From: a virus | Strand: one strand, 5' to 3' | Virus record (IMG/VR): IMGVR_UViG_3300030380_003294 | Length of the DNA: 64,000 nucleotides | Part shown: piece by piece, positions 1 to 8,391 of the stretch | Layout: the number at the start of each line of letters is the position of its first letter | How positions within the stretch are numbered: the first letter of the stretch is position 1 | The notes under the pieces: generated by a model | The model's database searches: none | Seen by the model: only the letters and a program-made list of their open reading frames with translations | What the model was told of the DNA's origin: nothing | Made by a program: the position numbers and the translations under genes

Positions 1-233
1 TTTTCAATGCCATCACAAATCATGTCATCCTTATACATGTAGTTAATAAAGTTGGGACGGAATGACAAGTGATTAGCAATCTTCAGAAAGCAACCGCCAA
101 TATAATCGTTGACACGAGGTTTCTCTAGTCCCTTCTCTTCAGCAACTTGCACTCGACGTTTGTATTCGATGATTGCTGCTAGGAACTTTTGGTTATCAAC
201 GTAGTGTTGTTTCTTTTTGGCGACTCGCTTCAT
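1..233 (-). CDS. g55: Late-transcription sigma factor gp55, 5' part (truncated by window start)
   Basis: Manual translation from ATG at 233: MKRVAKKKQHYVDNQKFLAAIIEYKRR...YIGGCFLKIANHLSFRPNFINYMYKDDMICDGIE. The HYVDN and RPNFINY-x-YxDDMI-x-DGIE motifs are those of T4-like gp55. It lies downstream of uvsW, as in cyanomyophages. Not in the ORF track. Confidence 0.95.
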   Translation of the reverse strand, partial: MKRVAKKKQHYVDNQKFLAAIIEYKRRVQVAEEKGLEKPRVNDYIGGCFLKIANHLSFRPNFINYMYKDDMICDGIE

Positions 234-254
234 ATGTGTTTAAGTGCTGTTGAT

Positions 255-282
255 ATTATAGCACACTTGACAAGATTGTCAA
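255..282 (-). promoter_or_regulatory. Sigma70-type promoter for g55 (TTGACA-16nt-TATAAT, extended TG)
   Basis: Minus strand reads TTGACA ATCTTGTCAAGTGTGC TATAAT: perfect -35 and -10 boxes with TGn, 21 nt upstream of the g55 ATG. Confidence 0.8.
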
Positions 283-309
283 ATGCATGTACAATAACAC
301 TGTAAGGGT

Positions 310-753
310 TCAAGGGTTGTTCTTAGCTTTAAAGATCTTCTCAAAGAGTTTCCTATAGTCTTCAGTGTTACCAATATATCCGATTGATTTATCTGCCTTA
401 ATATGGTATCCTGCTTGCGGACCTGAGGGGTTGTAACCGTTTTCAGTCATGAGATAAGATTCATACAATAGTTGAACTTCTCTACTCATGGTTGCAATAC
501 ATACCACATCTTTTTCTCTCACCACAAAAAACTCCTCATCAGAGAGTTGCTGCCACTTCACAAAACCTACCCCACGCATGACTTTGTTTTCATTCATGGG
601 TTTGTTTATTACTTGAACCATTACTGGATCTTGTAAAAATGTTAGTGACTCATTCTCGTCGGACGTGATGATTGCCTTGGCGAGCACTTCTTCTCCATTA
701 GTAAGTTTGAAAATGCCAAAAAAATCTTCGTCGTGTTTGATGTGATTAATCAT
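310..753 (-). CDS. Conserved cyanophage hypothetical protein between uvsW and g55 (possible Sm-like fold)
   Basis: 147 aa, with an IFKLTNGEEVLA N-terminal motif; 4-nt overlap with the uvsW stop; conserved position. Confidence 0.75.
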   Translation of the reverse strand: MINHIKHDEDFFGIFKLTNGEEVLAKAIITSDENESLTFLQDPVMVQVINKPMNENKVMRGVGFVKWQQLSDEEFFVVREKDVVCIATMSREVQLLYESYLMTENGYNPSGPQAGYHIKADKSIGYIGNTEDYRKLFEKIFKAKNNP

Positions 754-2213
754 TTTAATTTTACGTTTATGATCTCATAATGAAATTTTTCTTGACTGTA
801 TACTTTAACTCTTTCTAATAAATGATTCAAAGTATAGTTATTTCCACGGTCTGTAGAAATGTCATCCGCAATGTCATATAAAGTCGCTTGTGATTTGTTT
901 TCTCCCTTTCTTAATACACGCCCAATGGACTGTAAGTTTCTAATTCTTGATTTAGAAGGAGAAGCAAAAATTACATTATGCAAGTTTTTGATGTTAATCC
1001 CTGTAGAGAACGTTCCGTAAGAGGCAATGATGATAGCATCGTCAGATACTTCAGTAAGTTGTCGAATCTCTTCTCGATCATCAACGTCTACACCGCCATG
1101 TACGAAATATACTGGACGTCCTGTGAAACTATTTATCATGTTGTAAAGAGGTTCTCCGTGACGCTCTACATAGTTGAAGAGGATAAGTGTATTACCTTCT
1201 AGATCATTTGCGAGATTGCGAATAAATTTGTTTCGCCCCTCATGCTCTACGAGGTAAGTCATTTCATCCTGATACCCCTCAAATAGTTTTTCTTGATGTT
1301 TTAAGAGTATAATCTTAACCTTAAGTTTTGCAATATAACCTTGTTTCATTAACTCGTTTGTTCTTGTTACTTGAGTACATCTTCCGAACAACCCTTCCAG
1401 AACTAATTGATTTACATTTGTACCATCTAGTGTTCCTGTAAATCCATATCTATACTTACAGTTATGCAACTTAGACATCAAAGAGGTAAGAGATTTAGCT
1501 TTGAATTGGTGCGCCTCGTCACCGATCACGACATCAAACTTGCTAAACCATTGACTCGGTTCCTTATAAATCGATTGCCAAGTGGTGATTATTACATCAG
1601 CATCCGTATATTTATCTTGCCCCGAATATACCTTGTGGCAATAGTCAGACGCCCTCCATCCATAGGATTCAAAATCTTTGTACATTTGCTCCACAAGAGA
1701 CGTCGTGGGAACTACAATAAGAACTCTTCTATCTAAACCATTATGATACCTAACCAATGAATAGATCATCAAGGATTTCCCACTGGCAGTTGGTGACAAT
1801 AGGAGTCTTCTGTTGTATCTCAGGCATTCGTATATTGCTTGATATTGGTAGTCGCGCACCTTCACAGGAAGACGTAAGGATTTCACATATCCTGCAACTG
1901 CCTCAGGAGTCACAAACTTATTTACATCTTCGGGGTGACCAAAATTTTCATCGGTCTCCGTCTCATACTCGTATCCCTTCTTCTTTGCGTAGTCAACCAA
2001 ATAATCATAGAGACCACAAAAGATCTCCCCTGTAGCAGGAGAGAATAATCTTATCTTTCCATCCCATCCTCTCCACCTTTTTTGTTTCTGCATGAACTTT
2101 GCAGACTCAACCTCAAAGGTAAAGAAATCTGATAACTCGTAATTGATATGAGGTTCTGCTTGAACCTTAAGATACACCTCGTTCTTCTTCTTAATCTTAA
2201 GGTCCATACTCAT
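750..2213 (-). CDS. uvsW: UvsW RNA-DNA/DNA-DNA helicase (SF2)
   Basis: Walker A SPTASGKS, DEAH box, GFTGTL and QSIGRVLR motifs; adjacent to uvsY. Confidence 0.97.
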   Translation of the reverse strand: MSMDLKIKKKNEVYLKVQAEPHINYELSDFFTFEVESAKFMQKQKRWRGWDGKIRLFSPATGEIFCGLYDYLVDYAKKKGYEYETETDENFGHPEDVNKFVTPEAVAGYVKSLRLPVKVRDYQYQAIYECLRYNRRLLLSPTASGKSLMIYSLVRYHNGLDRRVLIVVPTTSLVEQMYKDFESYGWRASDYCHKVYSGQDKYTDADVIITTWQSIYKEPSQWFSKFDVVIGDEAHQFKAKSLTSLMSKLHNCKYRYGFTGTLDGTNVNQLVLEGLFGRCTQVTRTNELMKQGYIAKLKVKIILLKHQEKLFEGYQDEMTYLVEHEGRNKFIRNLANDLEGNTLILFNYVERHGEPLYNMINSFTGRPVYFVHGGVDVDDREEIRQLTEVSDDAIIIASYGTFSTGINIKNLHNVIFASPSKSRIRNLQSIGRVLRKGENKSQATLYDIADDISTDRGNNYTLNHLLERVKVYSQEKFHYEIINVKLK

Positions 2214-2246
2214 AGTGCAATCGTCACTACACTATGTATCAGGAAA

Positions 2247-2675
2247 TCAAGACCCTTCTTTCCACTTAGTCCATTCGATAGCGTTTTTGATTTGGAAGTT
2301 TCTGGTATTGATTTGTTTCAGAACATTCTCTAAGAAATATAATACTTGCTCAATATAATCAATCTTATAACGTAACTTACGGATCTCTTCATCAGCATCG
2401 ATGAACATCCAAATTTCTTCTTTAGTAGTAAGTTTTAAATCAAATGGCATCTCTTTGTAGATTTGAGATGGTGCTTTACCTTTATAGTAAATCCATTTGT
2501 CTTTCTTAAGTGCATTTAACTCACCCTCTTTCTCTTTCTTCATAAGAGAGTAAGTATTGTAAAATTCCAGATACCTTTGATGTAACTGAGGAATCTTAAT
2601 TGACTCCTCACAATACAAATCACTATCAATCACACAGTCCTGTTTCCAGAGTTCCTGTAGTTTATCTAAGTTCAT
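2247..2675 (-). CDS. uvsY: UvsY recombination mediator
   Basis: 142 aa with IPQLH..YL, KW.YY.GKA and R.FQIKNAIEW motifs; immediately upstream of uvsW. Confidence 0.92.
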   Translation of the reverse strand: MNLDKLQELWKQDCVIDSDLYCEESIKIPQLHQRYLEFYNTYSLMKKEKEGELNALKKDKWIYYKGKAPSQIYKEMPFDLKLTTKEEIWMFIDADEEIRKLRYKIDYIEQVLYFLENVLKQINTRNFQIKNAIEWTKWKEGS

Positions 2676-2856
2676 TTAAGTAATCTTTTTCATTTTGATA
2701 GATGTGTTCTTGTCCTTGCCAGATTTTATATCCTTGGACAAGTTCGGGTACTAACCATTCATGTACTGGTAAGCAGTACTTCCAGTTTACAGGTTGAATA
2801 CAATTCAACACGACCACTTCATAGAATGCTACCAAGTGAATCCAGAACGTTAGCAT
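2662..2856 (-). CDS. Hypothetical protein (64 aa, hydrophobic N-terminus)
   Basis: Start re-assigned to the ATG at 2856, which makes a TAATG overlap with the upstream stop; MLTFWIHLVAFYEVVVLNCIQPVNWKYC... Confidence 0.6.
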   Translation of the reverse strand: MLTFWIHLVAFYEVVVLNCIQPVNWKYCLPVHEWLVPELVQGYKIWQGQEHIYQNEKDYLNELR

Positions 2857-3101
2857 TAGACACCTTGCTCTTTGTTCTGTTCCAACCACTCTTTCATTGT
2901 TGTCTGATATCCAGACTCACGAGAGGGAGGTTCCTTGATCCCCTTGATCTTCTTGTAGTCTTGATGCATCGCTCCCAGTAACCAACTTTGAGAAAGACTT
3001 GTCGGTCCTTCTTTCAACAATCGGATTTGTGATTTGGAGAGACCACTTTTCATCTCCAAATACTCCTGTCTCCACGATGTGTGGGGTGATTTGTCTGTCA
3101 T
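2856..3101 (-). CDS. Conserved cyanophage hypothetical protein (81 aa)
   Basis: Strong GGAGG Shine-Dalgarno just before the ATG; WRQEYLEMK...GPTSLSQSW motif; translationally coupled to the next ORF. Confidence 0.7.
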   Translation of the reverse strand: MTDKSPHTSWRQEYLEMKSGLSKSQIRLLKEGPTSLSQSWLLGAMHQDYKKIKGIKEPPSRESGYQTTMKEWLEQNKEQGV

Positions 3102-3318
3102 TTTCCTCCCATAGGGAATGTATCTGGTCTACTTGACGATCAACGTCGTCCATGACCATCAGTATTTTACCATCAATCCATAATTTATGCAACCATTCAA
3201 TACATATTTCTGCAATTAATGATAGCGGTGGTTTCTGTTTTGCTGCCCACCTTTTAGATTTAGTATACCAATTATCTTCACCACCCCAGGTATGTTCAAA
3301 CTTGTGTTCAAACTTCAT
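2917..3318 (-). CDS. Hypothetical protein (133 aa; C-terminal 185 nt overlap the next gene)
   Basis: ATGA overlap with the g3 stop supports the start. Confidence 0.6.
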   Translation of the reverse strand: MKFEHKFEHTWGGEDNWYTKSKRWAAKQKPPLSLIAEICIEWLHKLWIDGKILMVMDDVDRQVDQIHSLWEENDRQITPHIVETGVFGDEKWSLQITNPIVERRTDKSFSKLVTGSDASRLQEDQGDQGTSLS

Positions 3319-3869
3319 CGTCTTGTCTGTGTGTTAACATTTCTGATTTCATAAATCAGATACTTGAAAGTAACACTCGCAGTTAAGTAATCTGTATCTG
3401 TATTAGTAACGTTAAAGTCCAGTGTACTCAATGATACTGGAAACATATCTCTAAAAACAACGTCAAAGTTTGCTCCGTTGTTATTGTTTAATACTTGTAG
3501 TGTACCATCAGATGTTTTTGCAGAATTCTCATTGATACCTATTTCACTGTTATTACGCATCCATTCAGTTCTTTCATTGGCATTATCAGGAGTACCTAGT
3601 GCACGAACCCAGTTATGGATTTCCATGTAGTTCCTTAGATCTTCATCTACAACAAAGTCTAGAGTCAGTTCACTGTAGTTCATGTTTCCTTCGATAGGAA
3701 TAGGCACAAAACCTCTGGTAGGAATGTTGACCTCTCCAAGTCTTATCTCAGGGATATTTGCTTTTTGACACAAGAACGAAACCTTCCGTGCTTTCTCCAA
3801 GAGGAATACAAATCCTATGGGAGACAGATAGTTTTTATTCGTTAGTTGGTCTTGATACCAGTTTGCCAT
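3315..3869 (-). CDS. g3: gp3 tail tube terminator / tail completion protein
   Basis: NYLSPIGF, SFLCQKANIP, FVVDEDLRNYMEIHNW and FPVSLSTLDF motifs typical of T4-like gp3. Confidence 0.92.
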   Translation of the reverse strand: MANWYQDQLTNKNYLSPIGFVFLLEKARKVSFLCQKANIPEIRLGEVNIPTRGFVPIPIEGNMNYSELTLDFVVDEDLRNYMEIHNWVRALGTPDNANERTEWMRNNSEIGINENSAKTSDGTLQVLNNNNGANFDVVFRDMFPVSLSTLDFNVTNTDTDYLTASVTFKYLIYEIRNVNTQTRR

Positions 3870-3870
3870 G

Positions 3871-4461
3871 TTATGCGTTTATGTTTTCTAACCATGATGT
3901 AGCAATGTACTTATCACCAGATAGAGGAGGATTACCTCTATGTACATGGGTAAAACCTGCAGGCCAAATCATAAACTGACCACGAGTAGGTTTAAATCTT
4001 TTAGACTGATATAAAAACTCAGTCTCTCCACCTTCATTTACATCATTGAGATACATCATAGTTGCAAGAATTCGACGATTACACCCTAAGGATCCGTCTT
4101 CAGAATGCCAAGAGTGATATCCCTCTTGCGGTAAAGTCTTCTGTACATTTAGATATACTTGTTGATATCTATAATGTAGGAGATGTTCAAACTTATCGAT
4201 ATACTCTTCGAGACATCGACCAGTAACCTCATTATATTCTCGCATCCATTGATAACCGCAGTTCTGATCCAACATAAAGTCTTCAGTAGCAAGACATGTG
4301 TCTTTGCGAGCATGTGCTTTACGTTCTCTACCAAATAAACCTTTACGTTTAAAGGTGGAACCTACGTTATTCTGATATTCCCAGTAATCAATCAACGGTT
4401 GGGTATTATATTCAGTATCAAAAATACCTATAAACCCATCATATCTGATGTCAGTAATCAT
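3871..4461 (-). CDS. 2OG-Fe(II) oxygenase (prolyl-4-hydroxylase-like)
   Basis: GYHSWHSE (HxD/E), MMYLNDVNEGGETEF, WPAGFTHVHRG and KYIATSW; a typical cyanophage 2OG-Fe(II) family member. Confidence 0.92.
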   Translation of the reverse strand: MITDIRYDGFIGIFDTEYNTQPLIDYWEYQNNVGSTFKRKGLFGRERKAHARKDTCLATEDFMLDQNCGYQWMREYNEVTGRCLEEYIDKFEHLLHYRYQQVYLNVQKTLPQEGYHSWHSEDGSLGCNRRILATMMYLNDVNEGGETEFLYQSKRFKPTRGQFMIWPAGFTHVHRGNPPLSGDKYIATSWLENINA

Positions 4462-4480
4462 AATGAATCATTGTGTTTAG

Positions 4481-4627
4481 TTATTTAGTCTCTTTTTCTA
4501 AGAGAACATTGTGTGCTGTGCCATGCCCTTTATAATTATCAGTGTCATAGTAACCTCCTCTAGTACCAAAGTATAGAGTGGCAGCAACAAATGGGATAGC
4601 ACTAAACAGTAATGCAGTTGCTAACAT
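4481..4627 (-). CDS. ndhP: NdhP-like small subunit of photosynthetic complex I (NDH-1L), 48 aa
   Basis: Manual translation MLATALLFSAIPFVAATLYFGTRGGYYDTDNYKGHGTAHNVLLEKETK: one TM helix followed by the NdhP signature FGTxxG(F/Y)YDTDxYxGxGxAH. ATG abuts the upstream TAA. Below the ORF-track cut-off. Confidence 0.85.
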   Translation of the reverse strand: MLATALLFSAIPFVAATLYFGTRGGYYDTDNYKGHGTAHNVLLEKETK

Positions 4628-4927
4628 TTAATCTCTCTGCCTCCAGTCATCGCTACGTTCTTGATGAAACCAATCTACAATTTCGTCTGGTCCATTGAAA
4701 CCCCTTTTGTGATTACTTGAATCGGGGTCTCCAATATTCAAGTGATTAAGAAAAGAATCGTCAGGATTCGTATTCATTCTTCTTGCTGTGTTTAACATTC
4801 CTCTCGCACTTGTATTTGCCTTTGCTAATTTTTGTGCCCAGATCATGTCTTCTATAGAAACATCTTGACCTGCTGCGATTGATTTACAAATTCCTTCTAA
4901 ACGAAGACGATACTGAGTAGATAACAT
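4628..4927 (-). CDS. Conserved cyanophage hypothetical protein (99 aa)
   Basis: MLSTQYRLRLEGICKSIA...DMIWAQKLAKAN...DDWRQRD; lies directly upstream of the ndhP-like ORF. Confidence 0.8.
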   Translation of the reverse strand: MLSTQYRLRLEGICKSIAAGQDVSIEDMIWAQKLAKANTSARGMLNTARRMNTNPDDSFLNHLNIGDPDSSNHKRGFNGPDEIVDWFHQERSDDWRQRD

Positions 4928-4941
4928 ACAAAAAATGGTAT

Positions 4942-4967
4942 TAAAAAAGGACTAACTCCTTAGTCCT
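4942..4967 (-). terminator. Intrinsic terminator downstream of the ncRNA
   Basis: Minus strand AGGACTAA-GGAG-TTAGTCCT followed by TTTTT. Confidence 0.65.
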
Positions 4968-4982
4968 ACTACTTATAATATT

Positions 4983-5185
4983 AAGAAGGGAGGGTGATTG
5001 GATTACTTCATACCAACATAACCAGGGAATCGCTAAAGCGAAATTTAATACTGGTTAACTAGACACCTCTTGGTCAGAGTTCAATCCTTTAGGGATTGCG
5101 AGCACCACCTCTGAGTCTATACATTACCCCGCCTATTTCCAACAGGGTTGTTCTGTCACACCCGTGTCAATTCCGTCGAATCAAC
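4983..5185 (-). ncRNA. Structured ncRNA, manA RNA motif-like (~200 nt)
   Basis: Non-coding gap with several stems (GUUGAUUC/GAAUUGAC, CAAUCC/GGAUUG, UCAGAG/CUCUGA, UAACCAG/CUGGUUA, UCGCU/AGCGA). It also has AGGCGGGGUAAUG, GUGGUG and a 3' C-rich CACCCUCCC segment, recalled as characteristic of cyanophage manA RNAs. Confidence 0.7.
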
Positions 5186-5220
5186 ATTTATAATATAACA
5201 TAAAAAAAGAGGGACGTCAA
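5186..5220 (-). promoter_or_regulatory. Sigma70-type promoter (TTGACG-17nt-TATATT) plus late-like TATAAAT box upstream of the ncRNA
   Basis: -35 at 5220-5215 (in the terminator loop), -10 at 5197-5192 with TG extension, TATAAAT at 5192-5186. Confidence 0.6.
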
Positions 5221-5228
5221 GTCCCTCT
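5202..5228 (-). terminator. g23 intrinsic terminator
   Basis: AGAGGGAC-TTGAC-GTCCCTCT followed by a T-run, 21 nt after the g23 stop. Confidence 0.85.
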
Positions 5229-5249
5229 GTGTTGGTATGTAAATATGAA

Positions 5250-6629
5250 TTACATGAGGTTGGCAACTTGTACACGTCTGTAGTACTTGTTAGCATTCGC
5301 TGTAAGTGCACCAGAACCTTGAGTAAGTCCGCCTGAGAATGGGTTAGAGACCATGCCGTAACGAGTCTTGAAACCAATTTTTGGTTGGAAGGTGTTAGGG
5401 TTGATTGCTCTAACTTGCTGCAATGGAACGTAAGGGCAGTAGAATAATCCTGCGTCATAAGGAGAAGTACCCTTATAACCTGCAACATAGAAGTGCTTAT
5501 CAGCAACGTTAGCAGAGTAAGGATCAACGTAAACCTTGATGCGTCCGTTAAGAGTACCAACAAGAGTAGAGGAAGTATCGTCTACACCAGTTAAGGCGTT
5601 GTTACCCTGTAAACCAGGAGCATAGTCAAGGACACCTGCCATACCGAGAGCAGAAGCAACGTCTGCAGAGCAGATCAAGATGTTGCCCTTCCCGCGACGA
5701 GTTTGCTGACCGATAGCGTTAGCATCTCTTTCGATCTGGAACAGAAGTCCTTTGAACTTCTCAACAGACCATCTACCGTTTGAGTCAACATCGAGGTCGA
5801 AGATACCACCGTTAGCAGTATTGTTCTGAGCACCTGCAACAGCGTTAGTGTAGATGGTACGAACAACTTCACGGTTGATTTCAGCAAGGATCTCAGTTGA
5901 GAGAATGTTGCTCAACTCTTGCTCTGCATCAAGACCGTGAATTGCTTTCAAGTCTTGAGCAAGTTCGATGCTGTACTCTGCTTTCAACGCTCTTGCCTTG
6001 GCAGTTACAGTCACCTTCTCGATGGAGAAACCCATCTCTCTGAACGCAGTGTTAGATGCACTGTCGTCTAAACCTTCAACGGTTGAAGTAGACATGCCTT
6101 GAGCATCGCCTGTTAGTTCGTAAGTTCCAGGAGAACCATCGTTAAGAACAGCAGGGTTGTTGCCTTCAGCGTCGTTGTTTGCAGAACTGGAAGCACCAGG
6201 ATCGTAAGAAGAACCTGCACCACCAGAGAAACCTGCGTTAGGCTCATTGAAGAATGCTTCGTCGTAACCAGATGCGTTAGGATCTCTTTCGCTACCGTAG
6301 TTAGTACGCATCGCAAAGATAAGTCCAGTAGGACCTGTCATTGGTTGAACACCCGCGATGTCATAGGCGATCAACTGAGGCATTGATCTTCTGATCAATG
6401 AAATGAGCACTGGGTCGAAACCTGCAACAGGACCTGTGGCGGTGCTGCTACCAGTGTAACCAGTGGTTTGAAGAGTTTCAGAAAGAATCTGACCTTCTTC
6501 GATTTGTGCTTTTTCTTGGTTTTCTAAGAGTTGAGCGACAACACCTTTCTTATAAGAGTCACCGATCTCAGGGAGAGCGTCGTGATTAAGAACGGGTGCC
6601 CACTTCTCTTGTAGTTTTTGAACGGTCAT
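5250..6629 (-). CDS. g23: Major capsid protein gp23
   Basis: LQEKWAPVL, FDPVLISLIRR, GVQPMTGPTGLIFAMR, RALKAEYSIELAQDLKAIHGLDAE and FQPKIGFKTRYG. Confidence 0.99.
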   Translation of the reverse strand: MTVQKLQEKWAPVLNHDALPEIGDSYKKGVVAQLLENQEKAQIEEGQILSETLQTTGYTGSSTATGPVAGFDPVLISLIRRSMPQLIAYDIAGVQPMTGPTGLIFAMRTNYGSERDPNASGYDEAFFNEPNAGFSGGAGSSYDPGASSSANNDAEGNNPAVLNDGSPGTYELTGDAQGMSTSTVEGLDDSASNTAFREMGFSIEKVTVTAKARALKAEYSIELAQDLKAIHGLDAEQELSNILSTEILAEINREVVRTIYTNAVAGAQNNTANGGIFDLDVDSNGRWSVEKFKGLLFQIERDANAIGQQTRRGKGNILICSADVASALGMAGVLDYAPGLQGNNALTGVDDTSSTLVGTLNGRIKVYVDPYSANVADKHFYVAGYKGTSPYDAGLFYCPYVPLQQVRAINPNTFQPKIGFKTRYGMVSNPFSGGLTQGSGALTANANKYYRRVQVANLM

Positions 6630-6666
6630 TCGTTTTTACCTTTTAGAGTAGTAGTTTAATTTACAA

Positions 6667-7698
6667 TTATTTGGACCAACGAGCAATAGCGTCAACGTAT
6701 TTCGACATTGTGCCACTCGCTGTAGATTCTACAAGGGGTTCAGATGCTTCTTCGGTGGGTTCGCTTGCAGATTCTGCAATCTCAGCCTTCCTAGTGAAGT
6801 ATGATTCCTTGATAGTTTCGACTTTCTTACGAAAATCTTCTTCATTTTCAAACTCAACACCCTCTGCTAATGATGCTAACTTCTCCTTTTGGGTTTCAGC
6901 AAGACCAGTAGCACACTCGTACACGATTTCCATTTTAATAAAGTCACCAATCTGCTTGTTCAATGCAACATTGGTTTCGATTGTTTCGTTGAGTTTCGCT
7001 TCCATATCATCTAACTCTCCAACCATACCGTCAAGTAAGTTGAATTTTTCCTCAGGCACGCTAAAGTTGTGCTCAAGGAAAAGACTTTTTAGACCATTGA
7101 AGAATGACTCACTCATCTCAGTCTTAATACCGTGCTCGACCTGGAGTGCATTTTCCTTCATCCAGTTGTCAGCAGCATAAGATAAGTAATCATCAACCTT
7201 CTCGGCTAATTCTGTTTTGATTTTTTCGACTTCTTCAGTCAGAGACTCTTCAAATGCCTCTTGCAACGCTTGGACTTCTGCATTAACCTTTTCGGTTACG
7301 ACTGCCTCGAAGATTGTTGCTGCTCTGTTTCTGAACTCTTCTGAGAGTTCTTCACCAGCGACAAGAGCGTCAACATCTTGACTAAAGTCGTACTTGGTTT
7401 CAGAGATCGCTTCTTCGCCATCTTCGGTTTCCTCCATTTTAGCGGATGCGTCAGAAGGTTTCGTGCTAGGAACAGGTGCTTTCTTCACCGAACCCGAAGC
7501 AGATGCTCCTGCGTTCTTAGTTCCTTTCGCTCCTTCTTCTGAATCAGTGTTAACATCGATCACCTTAGGTGCACCACCTTTCGACGTGTCGATAGGGTCA
7601 CCAGGTTTTGCTTTCGCGTTAACTGCTGTTTTGGATTGGGTAGCACCTTCGGTCACTTCCTCCATGTTATCAAGATTTTTTTCGAGGGTCTCAGCCAT
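6667..7698 (-). CDS. g22: Prohead core scaffold protein gp22
   Basis: Acidic coiled-coil with LSEEF...AATIFEA and KVDDYLSY...WMKEN; lies between g21 and g23. Confidence 0.95.
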   Translation of the reverse strand: MAETLEKNLDNMEEVTEGATQSKTAVNAKAKPGDPIDTSKGGAPKVIDVNTDSEEGAKGTKNAGASASGSVKKAPVPSTKPSDASAKMEETEDGEEAISETKYDFSQDVDALVAGEELSEEFRNRAATIFEAVVTEKVNAEVQALQEAFEESLTEEVEKIKTELAEKVDDYLSYAADNWMKENALQVEHGIKTEMSESFFNGLKSLFLEHNFSVPEEKFNLLDGMVGELDDMEAKLNETIETNVALNKQIGDFIKMEIVYECATGLAETQKEKLASLAEGVEFENEEDFRKKVETIKESYFTRKAEIAESASEPTEEASEPLVESTASGTMSKYVDAIARWSK

Positions 7699-7736
7699 TT
7701 GTTTAAACTCCGTTATGCATTAGCGTTGTCTGTATT

Positions 7737-7744
7737 TATTTATA
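7737..7744 (-). promoter_or_regulatory. T4-type late promoter TATAAATA (g22/g23)
   Basis: Exact TATAAATA 38 nt upstream of the g22 start. Confidence 0.85.
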
Positions 7745-7746
7745 AA

Positions 7747-8391
7747 TCACAAACTCTTTAAAAACGACTCAAACGCGGAAACTTTGCGTTCTTGTAAGTT
7801 GATAAGGGTTGCGTGATCAATTTCTGTTTTAATTTGAGCAACAGTAGACTCTTTTAGAACTCCATTATCCCAAACCCACTCTTTACCTTCCATAATTCCA
7901 TCAACAAAAGCATCAGGTGCAGAAGGATCAGCAACAATATCTGCTGCTGTAGCGAGCATGAAGTCATCCATAACAACATTGCAGTTCTCTTCCTTACGGA
8001 TAGAACCCATCCCACGGGATGAAACACCGAGTTTTACACCCTCGTCTAGTAATGACTTGGCGACTTTACCCATAGGTGTGTCAAGTAGTTTCGCTTTACC
8101 AATGAAGTTGTTTCCATCTTCTTTGAGCGACATGATTTTATGTGATACCCTATCCAAGTTAATAGACGGACCATCAGGATGACCTAATTCTCCAAGGGCA
8201 CGCCCTTTTTGAATGTAGTTCTCATCATATTTAGCGACTTCTTTAGATAAAGTCTTGAGTGGATACATCCTATTGTTACGGTTTTTCAGTTCCGCTTGTA
8301 AGAAGATTCCCTCAATGAAGTAATTCTTCTTGCCTTCATTCTCTTCACAGAGAAAATCGACATTGTTAATCTCTTCAGCGATCAGTCTCAT
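7747..8391 (-). CDS. g21: Prohead protease gp21
   Basis: IEGIFLQ, NRNNRMYP, ALGELGHP, GVSSRGMGS and DIVADPSAPDAFV. Confidence 0.97.
   Translation of the reverse strand: MRLIAEEINNVDFLCEENEGKKNYFIEGIFLQAELKNRNNRMYPLKTLSKEVAKYDENYIQKGRALGELGHPDGPSINLDRVSHKIMSLKEDGNNFIGKAKLLDTPMGKVAKSLLDEGVKLGVSSRGMGSIRKEENCNVVMDDFMLATAADIVADPSAPDAFVDGIMEGKEWVWDNGVLKESTVAQIKTEIDHATLINLQERKVSAFESFLKSL

Noticed and set aside
4983-5185. Possible tRNA in the g23 downstream gap
   Set aside because: No cloverleaf or TTC(G/A)A T-loop with a matching acceptor stem; it fits a larger multi-stem RNA better.
5156-5563. 135-aa minus-strand ORF overlapping the g23 3' end and the ncRNA
   Set aside because: Alternative frame of g23 that crosses the terminator; Leu-rich shadow composition.
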